24,208 bases of DNA, from positions 1 through 24,208 of the IMG/VR virus record IMGVR_UViG_3300017706_001625; one strand, 5' to 3'. The stretch is from a virus. Taxonomy: Duplodnaviria; Caudoviricetes. Within the stretch, counting starts at the first letter, position 1. Each line of letters starts with the position of its first letter. The notes below the pieces were generated by a model. The model ran no database searches. It had not been told where the DNA came from and saw nothing but the letters and a program-made list of their open reading frames with translations. The position numbers and the translations under genes were made by a program. Of the stretch, positions 8,176 through 16,366 are shown piece by piece.

Positions 8176-11100
8176 ATGGCTGAGTACGAAATCTCTCACC
8201 CCCGTATTCCACAAATCGGAAACACTGTCCTCGAAGGGCCGGACGATTTACCCCCGCCTACAGAGCAAGATTTTTGGAATGTGGTTCAGCAACAAGTTCG
8301 GCCTATAGGACTTTCCCAGTTGACTGATGAGGAGAAGATTTCCGCATACAAAAATGGATACTTCGATGAACCTGAACCGGTAGAAGGTCAACCCGAACAA
8401 CCTGGCATGGTTGACAGTCTGCTTGACTTAGGCGGTAAGGCTGTACTTCGAGGGTCGCAGATGGCCAATGTATTAACTGCCGGCACTATTGGACACTCCG
8501 GTCCATACGATAAACTTTTAAAACTCGAAGACGAAGCAGTCTCCTACGAAAAAACAGAGAATGCGGATCAATTTCGAGAGGCGGGGAAATACCTTTTTGG
8601 ATTCCTTGACAACACTGAGGAGGAACTAGATTTCGACCCCGTAGCCGAGGCACTCAAGCGAACAGGTATGCCATTCTACTCGAAAAATAAGGATGCCCGT
8701 GGCCGAGTGAAAACAGCCGCTATGGACTATGCACAGGATTCTATGGTTGCCGGAATGGGGGAGGGGTACATCCGAGCCGCCAGCGGTGGAGAGTTTTTGT
8801 ATAAAGGCGGGAAGTTTTTAAAAGATAAGCTCTTTTTAGATGAAGCCGATGACTCCGACATTCTTGACTATGTAAATTCTGCAATTGAGTTTGATGCGTT
8901 AAATCATCGTTATGAAAATTCAGCCGAATTGGCGGCCTTTGTCTTAGAAAATCCACAGGAATCCGTAAAAGCAATGGGGGCGGGATTAGTAGGAGGATTA
9001 ACCCCAATTGTTGAGGCGGAAGACTTGAACGAAATTCTAATCGACGAGGGAGATATAAACTTGGATTCAGATCTTCAACAGGATATCCGTTCGGGATTCG
9101 TACAGCCCGATGTTGGAGTTTCTTTTCTCTCGGAGGTAGTCGGAGATCCAATGAATTTAGCTGGCGGTACAACAGCCAAAGCGGTAACCGCTCCCCAGCG
9201 AGTTGCATTGTCCGGAAAAATCACACAAACTTTAAACGAGGTTACTAAACTCAACCAGGGCAAGGGCATGGCAATCCGTGCATTAGAGAAATTCCCCGAG
9301 GACTCTTTAATCGCCCAGCGACAAGCAAAGTATTTAGAGGCCGCCAACCAATCACTCGCACAGAAACAAAAAGTCCTAGATAAATATGCTCGTAATTCAA
9401 TGTTCTTACGAATGGCGGCTCAATCATCGCCCGATGAATTATTAAAGGTCGCCGCTCAGAATATTGACACCGCATCCGATGCCGGAAAGGCATCCATGAA
9501 CATGGTATATAATGCCATGAAGCCAAGCGGAAAAATGGGCATCGCCCGCAAAGGAATAGCAATGGGTGCAAGACTAACTCCCGAAATTGCTGGGGCAACT
9601 ATCGGTGCATCTTTGGCCGGTCCCGAGGGCGCGGCAGTTGGTGCTATTACCCCATCCTTGATAAAGGCGGCAAAAATAGTTTCCACCATGCCGGAAAATG
9701 TAGCGATATCTTATATTATGAGATCCGCCACAGAAGCGGGGGAGGAGATAACCGAACAGGCGGCAAGGAAGCAATGGAGGGGGATCACAAAATACTTATA
9801 TCCTTCGGGAATTTTAGGGATCGGAATTGGTTCTGCTTCGGAGGGGAGAGAGGAGGGTGGAACTAATCCTTTGTTAAAGTTTGGGGCCGCAGCATTGGGT
9901 TTAAAAGCTTTACCAAAAATTGCCAAATTTGCCGATGCCGCAATAAGGGATAGTCGAGTAATTGGGCCGGAATTAATTTATGCGAGAGGGTCAGAGGCTA
10001 GTCCGTTCTTTAATAGGCTGGCATTGTTACCATCGGGTGAGGAAGGATTAATCGGAGCTAATGCTGACCGCTTTCAGGCACTCACTCGGACATCTAGTGG
10101 CGAGACTTTATTAGAGAAAGCGATTGATAAGGTCAGACCAATGGGCCGAGGGATCGCAACATCGATTAAAGATGAAGTACCGCTTTCCGAGGGGGCAAGA
10201 AATTTAATAAATAAAATACCGGGTTTCGATAGCGTACAAGGTAAAACCGGCGCACCCTTTCGACCAGGGCTTAGTGACACCAATAAAATGCTTTCCAACC
10301 CAACAAGGAAAGCCGCCCAGTTCTTGGATCGCAATCCGGCACTTGGACGGAGTATCGAAACACTCGGGCGATTTGGTGCTGTGGTAACTGCGGGGTCAAC
10401 TTTACCCGCCGCCTTTGGTTATGTTGGGTCGGGCGGACAAGCAGAAGGTGCGATTGCCGGAGCATTAGTATCTGCTCCATTTACATCAATCGGTGCGGGT
10501 GCTGGGATGTTTCAAGCGTACAAAAATAAGAGCGATTTATTTCAGCAAAAGATGGGCGATGTTTATTACTATCGGGAACATCTCAATAAAAGTGAACAGG
10601 CTGACTTTGATAAGTTGCCGATGGAAGCGCGTATGGGATTAGCGGGTTACAGTTTGTCGCATCCCGATATTCTTTTTAAGCCCTTACCGGCGGACAAAAT
10701 GGAGGGACAAGGGAACTGGTCATTTGATGAAAATACTGGGACTTCAGTTGTACAATTTGATAAAGATACGGGGGCTGGATTAGTCGAGGGAGTTTTAGCC
10801 CATGAGGTCGGACATCACATCGAAATTCACGGGCTTACCCCAATGGTCAATAAAATATTTTTCGGAGACCAAGTGACCGGCGAGGCGGGAATATATGGGA
10901 AGTTTAATGAAGAAGGCGAAATCGTACCAAACCAGGCGTTTGAGGATTTACGGACTTTATATTTAAACCGACTAACTAAAGACGCTTCTATCAAACCCGA
11001 AAATTTAGATCAGTACCAAGGTAAAGAGGGGAATGAAATAATCGCAAAGGAAATTTTTGCTGAAACTGCCCGAGATTATTTATTGTCGGGGAAGAAAAAT

Positions 11101-14100
11101 AAAGGTAACACGGCAATCGAGAAAATGATTACATCCGCATCGAATGCAATGATGGGAACTTCATTTGTCCGAGACTTTTTGCTGAAGTTTAATTTACCCA
11201 TGAAAGCGGACGGAAAGTTTATTGAGGGCGGCCCGTTTGAAGGTACATTAAAAAGGAATCCGAAACTCTCTAAACTGATCGATCAGTATTATTCTGACAC
11301 CCGTGCTTTGAGACAAAGAGAGATCCAAGGCGACGAAATTACGACACCTGGTTCAGGGCGAGTAGATAAAAAATTATCAGCGGACGGAAGAAGGCCAATC
11401 GGAGGGGACGATTTCGAAAGTTCATTCTCATTGAAAGACCAAAACGATCCGGCGATTAAAGCAAAATTAGACACCGGTGGAATCTTTAAATGGAGACCAA
11501 CAGCAGACGGAAAAGGATCGGAATTAGAGACTGGTGCGACTGGTACTCCGAAGCGATATACTGCGGGGGAATTAAAGAAAGAACAGAGACTACAGGGTGA
11601 CCATGCTATTAAAGTTTTCGAGGACAATGGAATAGAAATTATTACTAATAAGGACGGAAAGAAATCGACAGGAGATATTACAAATTTAACCTCCAAAATG
11701 ATTGACGAATTGGCGGCTGGTCCGTGGCATCCTCGTCAGATTCAAACACTCCGAGAAATCAGTCGATCATTACGAGAAGGTGATGGAGAAAGAGCGGGAT
11801 TTTTAATTGGATATTTTGCCGCCTCTAGTGGCAGAAAACCGAAGGCCGTACCATTCACTTTGAGGCAAGAAATGCCATACGGATTTAAGCTCACAAATGA
11901 TGGAAATATCCTTGTCCTTTTACACGATGTTCCGCAACTCGAAAAAAATCTTAAATTCTTAAAAGGGGGCAAGAGATTGCCAGGTAAATACAGAGACGAA
12001 TATAATCAACTTTTTGACAACGATACAGAAGTTTGGAAAGCATTTCAGCAGTACAGAATTAACACCGCAAATGGCATGGATGGACAGCTTGGATTAGACG
12101 ATGATCCAGCCCGAGCAATGCGTAAGAAAAATTTCTTAAATTCATTGCATGGGGCGATAGATAAAGAGCATATAAAACTAAACCCGGTTTTACTTGAAAT
12201 AAGTAATATTAAGGGCATGGATATGTTCAATCCAAAAAAGACAAGTCCGTTCGGTCCAGCGACTAAAACCTTTCGACTAGATCGCATTTTTGATGTCACT
12301 AGATCGGGTAATAGAAACTCGAATGTAAACCTTGATCGAGTAAGAACATTACTAATGCCTCGTCAGTCTAAAAACTATGATAAAAAAGTAGCACTTAGAA
12401 CTAACGATAGTTTAATCGAATTAGTAGATAAAATAGCGAACGAAGAAGGAGTCTCTAGAAACGATGTTTTGAATCGGATTTTGCAAGAGAAATTTAGTCC
12501 CGAAGAAATTAAAACACCGGACTCGGAAAATGTTCCACCATCACCAAGAAAAGAATCTCAAAATTTATCTGAACCAACATTAAAAAAACCTTGGTCCGAG
12601 GACAGCGATCAAAGTTTAAACTGGTTGCAAAATGACCCGAATAAAAAACTTTTTATGCCCGCTGAAAGTGTCGAACAAAGACGGGCAAATAAATATGGTC
12701 AAAAGCTTCAAGAAGCAACTTTGTCAGACAAACAAATTATTGCAGAAGCAAGACGGGATTGGATGGAGAATGGATTCAAGGCCGAGAACTTTCAGGCATG
12801 GATGTCCGGTGGAATTGAACGGCCAATTTTAGCCAATGAAAAGGATGGTTTCTACGAGCCTATAAAACTATATTATGGTGGGCCTTTGGGCATGGCAAAA
12901 CGCCCCGGCTTTAATGCCGCCGCCCCGTTAGAAATTTTACAGAAATCAGAATTTTCTGAGGGAGTAACAAAAAAGGCCACTGATCAGTATAAATCGGATA
13001 AAACAATCGTATTAACTGATAGTAAGAAACTCGCAAAAGCTGAACAGGATGCCACCGCAGAAGGGGGTAAACCATTAGAGTTTGCAACCAACGCAAGCTT
13101 TATATTTGACCCCGCTGTTCCGCAACATATTGAACTGCTTAAAAATTCAATCGAACGAGTAGAACCTGACTCTCCGGAAATTCAAAATATCGACAGGTTG
13201 AAAAATAATCCCGATGATACTTTTGCCTACGAAGATCTTTTGAAAAAAGCCGGTTGGGATGGGTACAAAATTGACAATAAGGATGGTGTGGGATATGCCA
13301 TTTTTGACGCTAAAAAAGTGAAGCTAATATCCGACCAGGCGGGTGAAGGAAAGTTCTTTACAAAAGACCGGCCTTATGGAAAAGTTTCCGGCCTCTTTGG
13401 CCGACCACTTCCATCGGATCGAATGAGTGCGATGGGGCAAAGTGAGCGGGGTAGGGATGTCCGATTCATGCCTCAAATGGAAATGGATTTTGACGGCAAA
13501 AGTAAGACTACTAGGCCGACTGAACAACCCTCGCAAGGTATATCCTTTTGGAAGCTTTTTGGCATAGATAAAAATGATAAACAAGTATATAAAAAAGTAG
13601 CTGAAAAACTTATCAATACTGGTAGCCCGGATATGGACCCGCAGACCGCTTTAGACTATGGTCCGAGGCTCGGTTTAAATACCAAAAGACTTCGCCAAGA
13701 AATGCGACTGGCGCAAAAAAGAAATAGTTCATCCGGTAAATATTTTTTACCTAAATTACCGACTTATAAAAAAGATGGAAAAACCTTTAAAATCCCATTG
13801 CCTCCAACCAGCCCCGATGCGCCAAGAGCATACCACGGTTCGAAGAAAAAATATGGCTATCCAGATGAAAAATATTTAGGCGATTTTACAAAAAATTTGG
13901 GGTACATAGGAATGGGTTATTATGGCCACCCGAAACGCATCGATGCAGAAATGTATGCAGTCTCGGAAAGCAAAAGTTTATACAGCTTCGAAATGCTCCC
14001 TGAAGGCCAAACTATGGACTCTCATTTACCAGTCGGCGAACAACACCCAAGCATCAAAAAAAATCTAAAAAAATTATTCGAAACTAAGGTCAGCGGAACC

Positions 14101-15123
14101 GGTCAAAATTTAAAAGATTTATGGGCTAAATTTTACACCGAAAACCCCACCCGATATGTTGACGAAATGTTGCGATCCGATAATGATATTTATGGGGGGC
14201 AGATCAACCCCGAAATCAACAAAAATATCGGTAATAAAATTTACATGGGCTTAGTAAATCTATACTCGAAAAATCCTGTCGAAACAGTGGGCTACCTCGC
14301 TAATAGTCCAGACAATATCGCCGCCGCTTCAACAGTAAATAAAATTCTAGCCAAAAATAATATCAAAGGAGCAATTTCATCTCCACATGAAGGGCCTGGT
14401 GGCCGGCAAGTTTCACCCGAAGTCGTAGTCTTTGATTTTAATGAAATTAGAGATTTTCGAAGTGAGGGAAATAAACTTTTCATGCCAGCCTCCGAAGCGG
14501 GTGCGACTAAGGGGAAGGTGGCCGAGGCCGCAAAGCTATGGAATGAGAAGGGGATTGATTCGCCATACTTTAAGAAGTGGTTCGGCAAGTCCAAGGTAGT
14601 CGATGAGAACGGCGAGCCGTTGGTGGTTTATCATGGGAGTAAAGCAGATTTTACCGAGTTTAAAAGGTCAAAGGGGGGCGAATTTGGATCAGGAATGTAT
14701 TTCTCTGATAACATTGATTCGGCAAAAATGTTTGGAAGTTTTCAAAAAGGGGACTCGGAAGTTGTCACAATGCCGGTCTATTTAACTTTAAAGAATCCAT
14801 TGATTACCAACGATAGAAATGTCCCAAGGGGTGCGGGGATCAAATCTCTAATTAAAAAAGGATATGACGGAGTAATTGGGACTACACCAAACGGGCAAAA
14901 GCAATACATCGCCTTCTCCCCCGAACAAATCAAATCGGCCACCGGCAACCGAGGGACTTTCGATGCGGGGGAGAGGAATATAAACTATATGCCTTCAGAC
15001 CCCAAAGCCCCAAAGGCTCAACCCGCCAATCGCATCCAACAGCAAGCACCAGCTATGCCTGGTAATCGCTTCATGGCTCCAGCCGCAAGTGCCGGATCGA
15101 AGTTATCGGAAAGATTTCGGTAA
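8176..15123 (+). CDS. Giant internal virion / polyvalent protein: membrane-like Gly/Ala segments, zincin HExxH motif, RHH domain and three ADP-ribosyltransferase-like (ART-PolyVal-type) modules
   Basis: 2315 aa; HEVGH at 10801-10815 with downstream EIFAE at 11050; FKKWFGKSKVVDENGEPLVVYHGS...GMYFS...VYL.LKNP...GYDGVI...AFSPEQIKSATGNRGTFD in the last module; AYHGS at 13828; last gene of the virion operon. Confidence 0.8.
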   Translation: MAEYEISHPRIPQIGNTVLEGPDDLPPPTEQDFWNVVQQQVRPIGLSQLTDEEKISAYKNGYFDEPEPVEGQPEQPGMVDSLLDLGGKAVLRGSQMANVLTAGTIGHSGPYDKLLKLEDEAVSYEKTENADQFREAGKYLFGFLDNTEEELDFDPVAEALKRTGMPFYSKNKDARGRVKTAAMDYAQDSMVAGMGEGYIRAASGGEFLYKGGKFLKDKLFLDEADDSDILDYVNSAIEFDALNHRYENSAELAAFVLENPQESVKAMGAGLVGGLTPIVEAEDLNEILIDEGDINLDSDLQQDIRSGFVQPDVGVSFLSEVVGDPMNLAGGTTAKAVTAPQRVALSGKITQTLNEVTKLNQGKGMAIRALEKFPEDSLIAQRQAKYLEAANQSLAQKQKVLDKYARNSMFLRMAAQSSPDELLKVAAQNIDTASDAGKASMNMVYNAMKPSGKMGIARKGIAMGARLTPEIAGATIGASLAGPEGAAVGAITPSLIKAAKIVSTMPENVAISYIMRSATEAGEEITEQAARKQWRGITKYLYPSGILGIGIGSASEGREEGGTNPLLKFGAAALGLKALPKIAKFADAAIRDSRVIGPELIYARGSEASPFFNRLALLPSGEEGLIGANADRFQALTRTSSGETLLEKAIDKVRPMGRGIATSIKDEVPLSEGARNLINKIPGFDSVQGKTGAPFRPGLSDTNKMLSNPTRKAAQFLDRNPALGRSIETLGRFGAVVTAGSTLPAAFGYVGSGGQAEGAIAGALVSAPFTSIGAGAGMFQAYKNKSDLFQQKMGDVYYYREHLNKSEQADFDKLPMEARMGLAGYSLSHPDILFKPLPADKMEGQGNWSFDENTGTSVVQFDKDTGAGLVEGVLAHEVGHHIEIHGLTPMVNKIFFGDQVTGEAGIYGKFNEEGEIVPNQAFEDLRTLYLNRLTKDASIKPENLDQYQGKEGNEIIAKEIFAETARDYLLSGKKNKGNTAIEKMITSASNAMMGTSFVRDFLLKFNLPMKADGKFIEGGPFEGTLKRNPKLSKLIDQYYSDTRALRQREIQGDEITTPGSGRVDKKLSADGRRPIGGDDFESSFSLKDQNDPAIKAKLDTGGIFKWRPTADGKGSELETGATGTPKRYTAGELKKEQRLQGDHAIKVFEDNGIEIITNKDGKKSTGDITNLTSKMIDELAAGPWHPRQIQTLREISRSLREGDGERAGFLIGYFAASSGRKPKAVPFTLRQEMPYGFKLTNDGNILVLLHDVPQLEKNLKFLKGGKRLPGKYRDEYNQLFDNDTEVWKAFQQYRINTANGMDGQLGLDDDPARAMRKKNFLNSLHGAIDKEHIKLNPVLLEISNIKGMDMFNPKKTSPFGPATKTFRLDRIFDVTRSGNRNSNVNLDRVRTLLMPRQSKNYDKKVALRTNDSLIELVDKIANEEGVSRNDVLNRILQEKFSPEEIKTPDSENVPPSPRKESQNLSEPTLKKPWSEDSDQSLNWLQNDPNKKLFMPAESVEQRRANKYGQKLQEATLSDKQIIAEARRDWMENGFKAENFQAWMSGGIERPILANEKDGFYEPIKLYYGGPLGMAKRPGFNAAAPLEILQKSEFSEGVTKKATDQYKSDKTIVLTDSKKLAKAEQDATAEGGKPLEFATNASFIFDPAVPQHIELLKNSIERVEPDSPEIQNIDRLKNNPDDTFAYEDLLKKAGWDGYKIDNKDGVGYAIFDAKKVKLISDQAGEGKFFTKDRPYGKVSGLFGRPLPSDRMSAMGQSERGRDVRFMPQMEMDFDGKSKTTRPTEQPSQGISFWKLFGIDKNDKQVYKKVAEKLINTGSPDMDPQTALDYGPRLGLNTKRLRQEMRLAQKRNSSSGKYFLPKLPTYKKDGKTFKIPLPPTSPDAPRAYHGSKKKYGYPDEKYLGDFTKNLGYIGMGYYGHPKRIDAEMYAVSESKSLYSFEMLPEGQTMDSHLPVGEQHPSIKKNLKKLFETKVSGTGQNLKDLWAKFYTENPTRYVDEMLRSDNDIYGGQINPEINKNIGNKIYMGLVNLYSKNPVETVGYLANSPDNIAAASTVNKILAKNNIKGAISSPHEGPGGRQVSPEVVVFDFNEIRDFRSEGNKLFMPASEAGATKGKVAEAAKLWNEKGIDSPYFKKWFGKSKVVDENGEPLVVYHGSKADFTEFKRSKGGEFGSGMYFSDNIDSAKMFGSFQKGDSEVVTMPVYLTLKNPLITNDRNVPRGAGIKSLIKKGYDGVIGTTPNGQKQYIAFSPEQIKSATGNRGTFDAGERNINYMPSDPKAPKAQPANRIQQQAPAMPGNRFMAPAASAGSKLSERFR
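12349..15081 (+). repeat. Dispersed peptide linker repeat [FYL]-[ML]-P (seven copies) within the giant ORF
   Basis: LLMP 12349, KLFMP 12646, RFMP 13462, KYFLP 13738, KLFMP 14473, NYMP 14983, RFMAP 15067; copies fall at apparent domain boundaries. Confidence 0.7.
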
Positions 15124-15124
15124 T

Positions 15125-15367
15125 CTATTCCCGCTCAATTTCCTCAATGTAAAAATCTCCGACCTCTCGCATCAACTTTGCTAGTAAGGCGGGATCATTA
15201 CCAGGAGGATCGATAAAGGTAGGGTCGAATGTTTCGCCATCTTCTGATTCTATCAGTTCAGCTATAAACTTTGGACTATGGAGGTGAACAACGAATGTCC
15301 GATCCTCTGTATCGCCGATGATAAACTTTGGGAACTTTGCCTCGAATGAATTAGGATCGTTAACCAT
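15125..15367 (-). CDS. Small acidic hypothetical protein, the only credible minus-strand gene
   Basis: Occupies sequence with no + strand gene; stop abuts the giant ORF stop with a 1-nt gap; ATG at 15367 preferred over TTG at 15373. Confidence 0.7.
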   Translation of the reverse strand: MVNDPNSFEAKFPKFIIGDTEDRTFVVHLHSPKFIAELIESEDGETFDPTFIDPPGNDPALLAKLMREVGDFYIEEIERE

Positions 15368-15472
15368 TCCCAATTAAATAACCCAAAGCTACATGAGTAA
15401 AGTATTAACAGCCTCCCATTTCTTTCGCTAACCCTTGCCTTAGAATTAGTCTATTTTATAGCAATTTAGTCC

Positions 15473-15501
15473 TTGCATGGGTGTTTTCAGTCCAATATTG
15501 T
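15473..15501 (+). promoter_or_regulatory. Putative sigma70-type promoter for the 133-aa gene
   Basis: TTGCAT (15473-15478), 17-nt spacer, TATTGT (15496-15501), about 25 nt before ATG 15527 with AAGGA RBS. Confidence 0.5.
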
Positions 15502-15526
15502 ACGCAACCACTAGCGAAAGGAAAAT

Positions 15527-15928
15527 ATGAGAAAAGGTACTAAAAAATGGATAAATGACTTAAGTTGCACTTTATACTATAAGGGCGAAAATCGTAAGTG
15601 TTTTGCGCAAGATTTTCGTCATATGAGATTAAAGCTTCCCGAAGCGGTCCATCGGAAGTGGAAATTATGGTGCAACATGAATAGTGACAGCTTGGAACAA
15701 ATCAGTCAGAATGAATGGCATGGCTACACAGTCTGTGCAACTGGCGAACGAATTAACTACACCATCATTGACCGCAAGGAGAAGGTTAAAGAGGCGGCTA
15801 GGCTTTTGGGTCAGGTTGGCGGCCAAGCTGGATATGGGAAGAAAAAAGTTCGAGGAGATTCAAATTATTACCGCTTACTCCGAGCTAAAAGAACGATAAA
15901 AGAGTCAAAGAAAAATAGGAAAAAATGA
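15527..15928 (+). CDS. Basic hypothetical protein with KGG-like C-terminal motif; possible nucleic-acid binder
   Basis: RBS AAGGA, 133 aa; C-terminal EAARLLGQVGGQAGYGKKKVRGDSNYYRLLRAKR. Confidence 0.65.
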   Translation: MRKGTKKWINDLSCTLYYKGENRKCFAQDFRHMRLKLPEAVHRKWKLWCNMNSDSLEQISQNEWHGYTVCATGERINYTIIDRKEKVKEAARLLGQVGGQAGYGKKKVRGDSNYYRLLRAKRTIKESKKNRKK

Positions 15929-15977
15929 ATATTAATAAAGAAATTATTAATTTTATAGCAGAAAAAGTTAAAACTTG

Positions 15978-16006
15978 TTGACATGATCCGATTTATTCCA
16001 TTTAAA
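15978..16006 (+). promoter_or_regulatory. Putative sigma70-type promoter for the replication operon leader
   Basis: Perfect TTGACA at 15978-15983 preceded by A/T tracts; -10 is weak (TTTAAA at 17-nt spacing). Confidence 0.4.
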
Positions 16007-16061
16007 AGCATTATTCAACCAGTGGATGGGTTGAAGTTGATCTTTAAAATTCTAAATAACT

Positions 16062-16186
16062 ACCGGTTGGCGCATATTCTGTTTCGCCCTATATGCATTA
16101 CGGGTTTATTTCGACATAAATAGTCAGTAAATAGACCTTAGTTTTTCCAGCCGGTTTTAACATTAACCGGCAAAATGGAAAAACTA
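16062..16186 (+). ncRNA. Structured cis-regulatory leader RNA with alternative folds
   Basis: Manual pairing: P1 16062-70/16147-55, P2 16072-77/16091-96, P3 16102-11/16129-38; competing hairpin 16139-49/16176-86 plus 16150-56/16165-71 covering ATG 16175; G-U pairs favour the + strand. Confidence 0.55.
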
Positions 16187-16366
16187 CTAAACCAATATCA
16201 CAACTTATTCCTCACCAAGAGTGAGGTCAAAGAGATTTTCAGATTAAATTCTGACAAGGCTCTCAATGCTTTTAAGCGAGAGTTTGGCATTCGGAAAAGA
16301 GGCCAGCACTATCTTGCTTCCGATGTTAAAAAAGTAATTGCCATCTTTTCCGAGGAGGCCGCATGA
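16175..16366 (+). CDS. Excisionase/AlpA-like small winged-HTH DNA-binding protein
   Basis: 63 aa, basic; FLTKSEVKEIFRL...RGQHYLASDVKKVI pattern; ATGA overlap with the next gene. Confidence 0.6.
   Translation: MEKLLNQYHNLFLTKSEVKEIFRLNSDKALNAFKREFGIRKRGQHYLASDVKKVIAIFSEEAA

Noticed and set aside
8741-14594. Many minus-strand ORFs of 60-155 aa opposite the giant gene
   Set aside because: Antisense shadows of a long coding frame with no recognisable motifs
15684-15899. Alternative-frame + strand ORF inside the 133-aa gene (likewise 1666-1902, 3983-4252, 12632-12832, 14603-14785, 17739-17927, 21758-21958)
   Set aside because: No recognisable family motif, unlike the nested methyltransferase ORF; lengths are compatible with chance
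16062-16155. Leader RNA as a tRNA or purine riboswitch
   Set aside because: No T-loop or anticodon arm pattern and no purine-aptamer junction consensus
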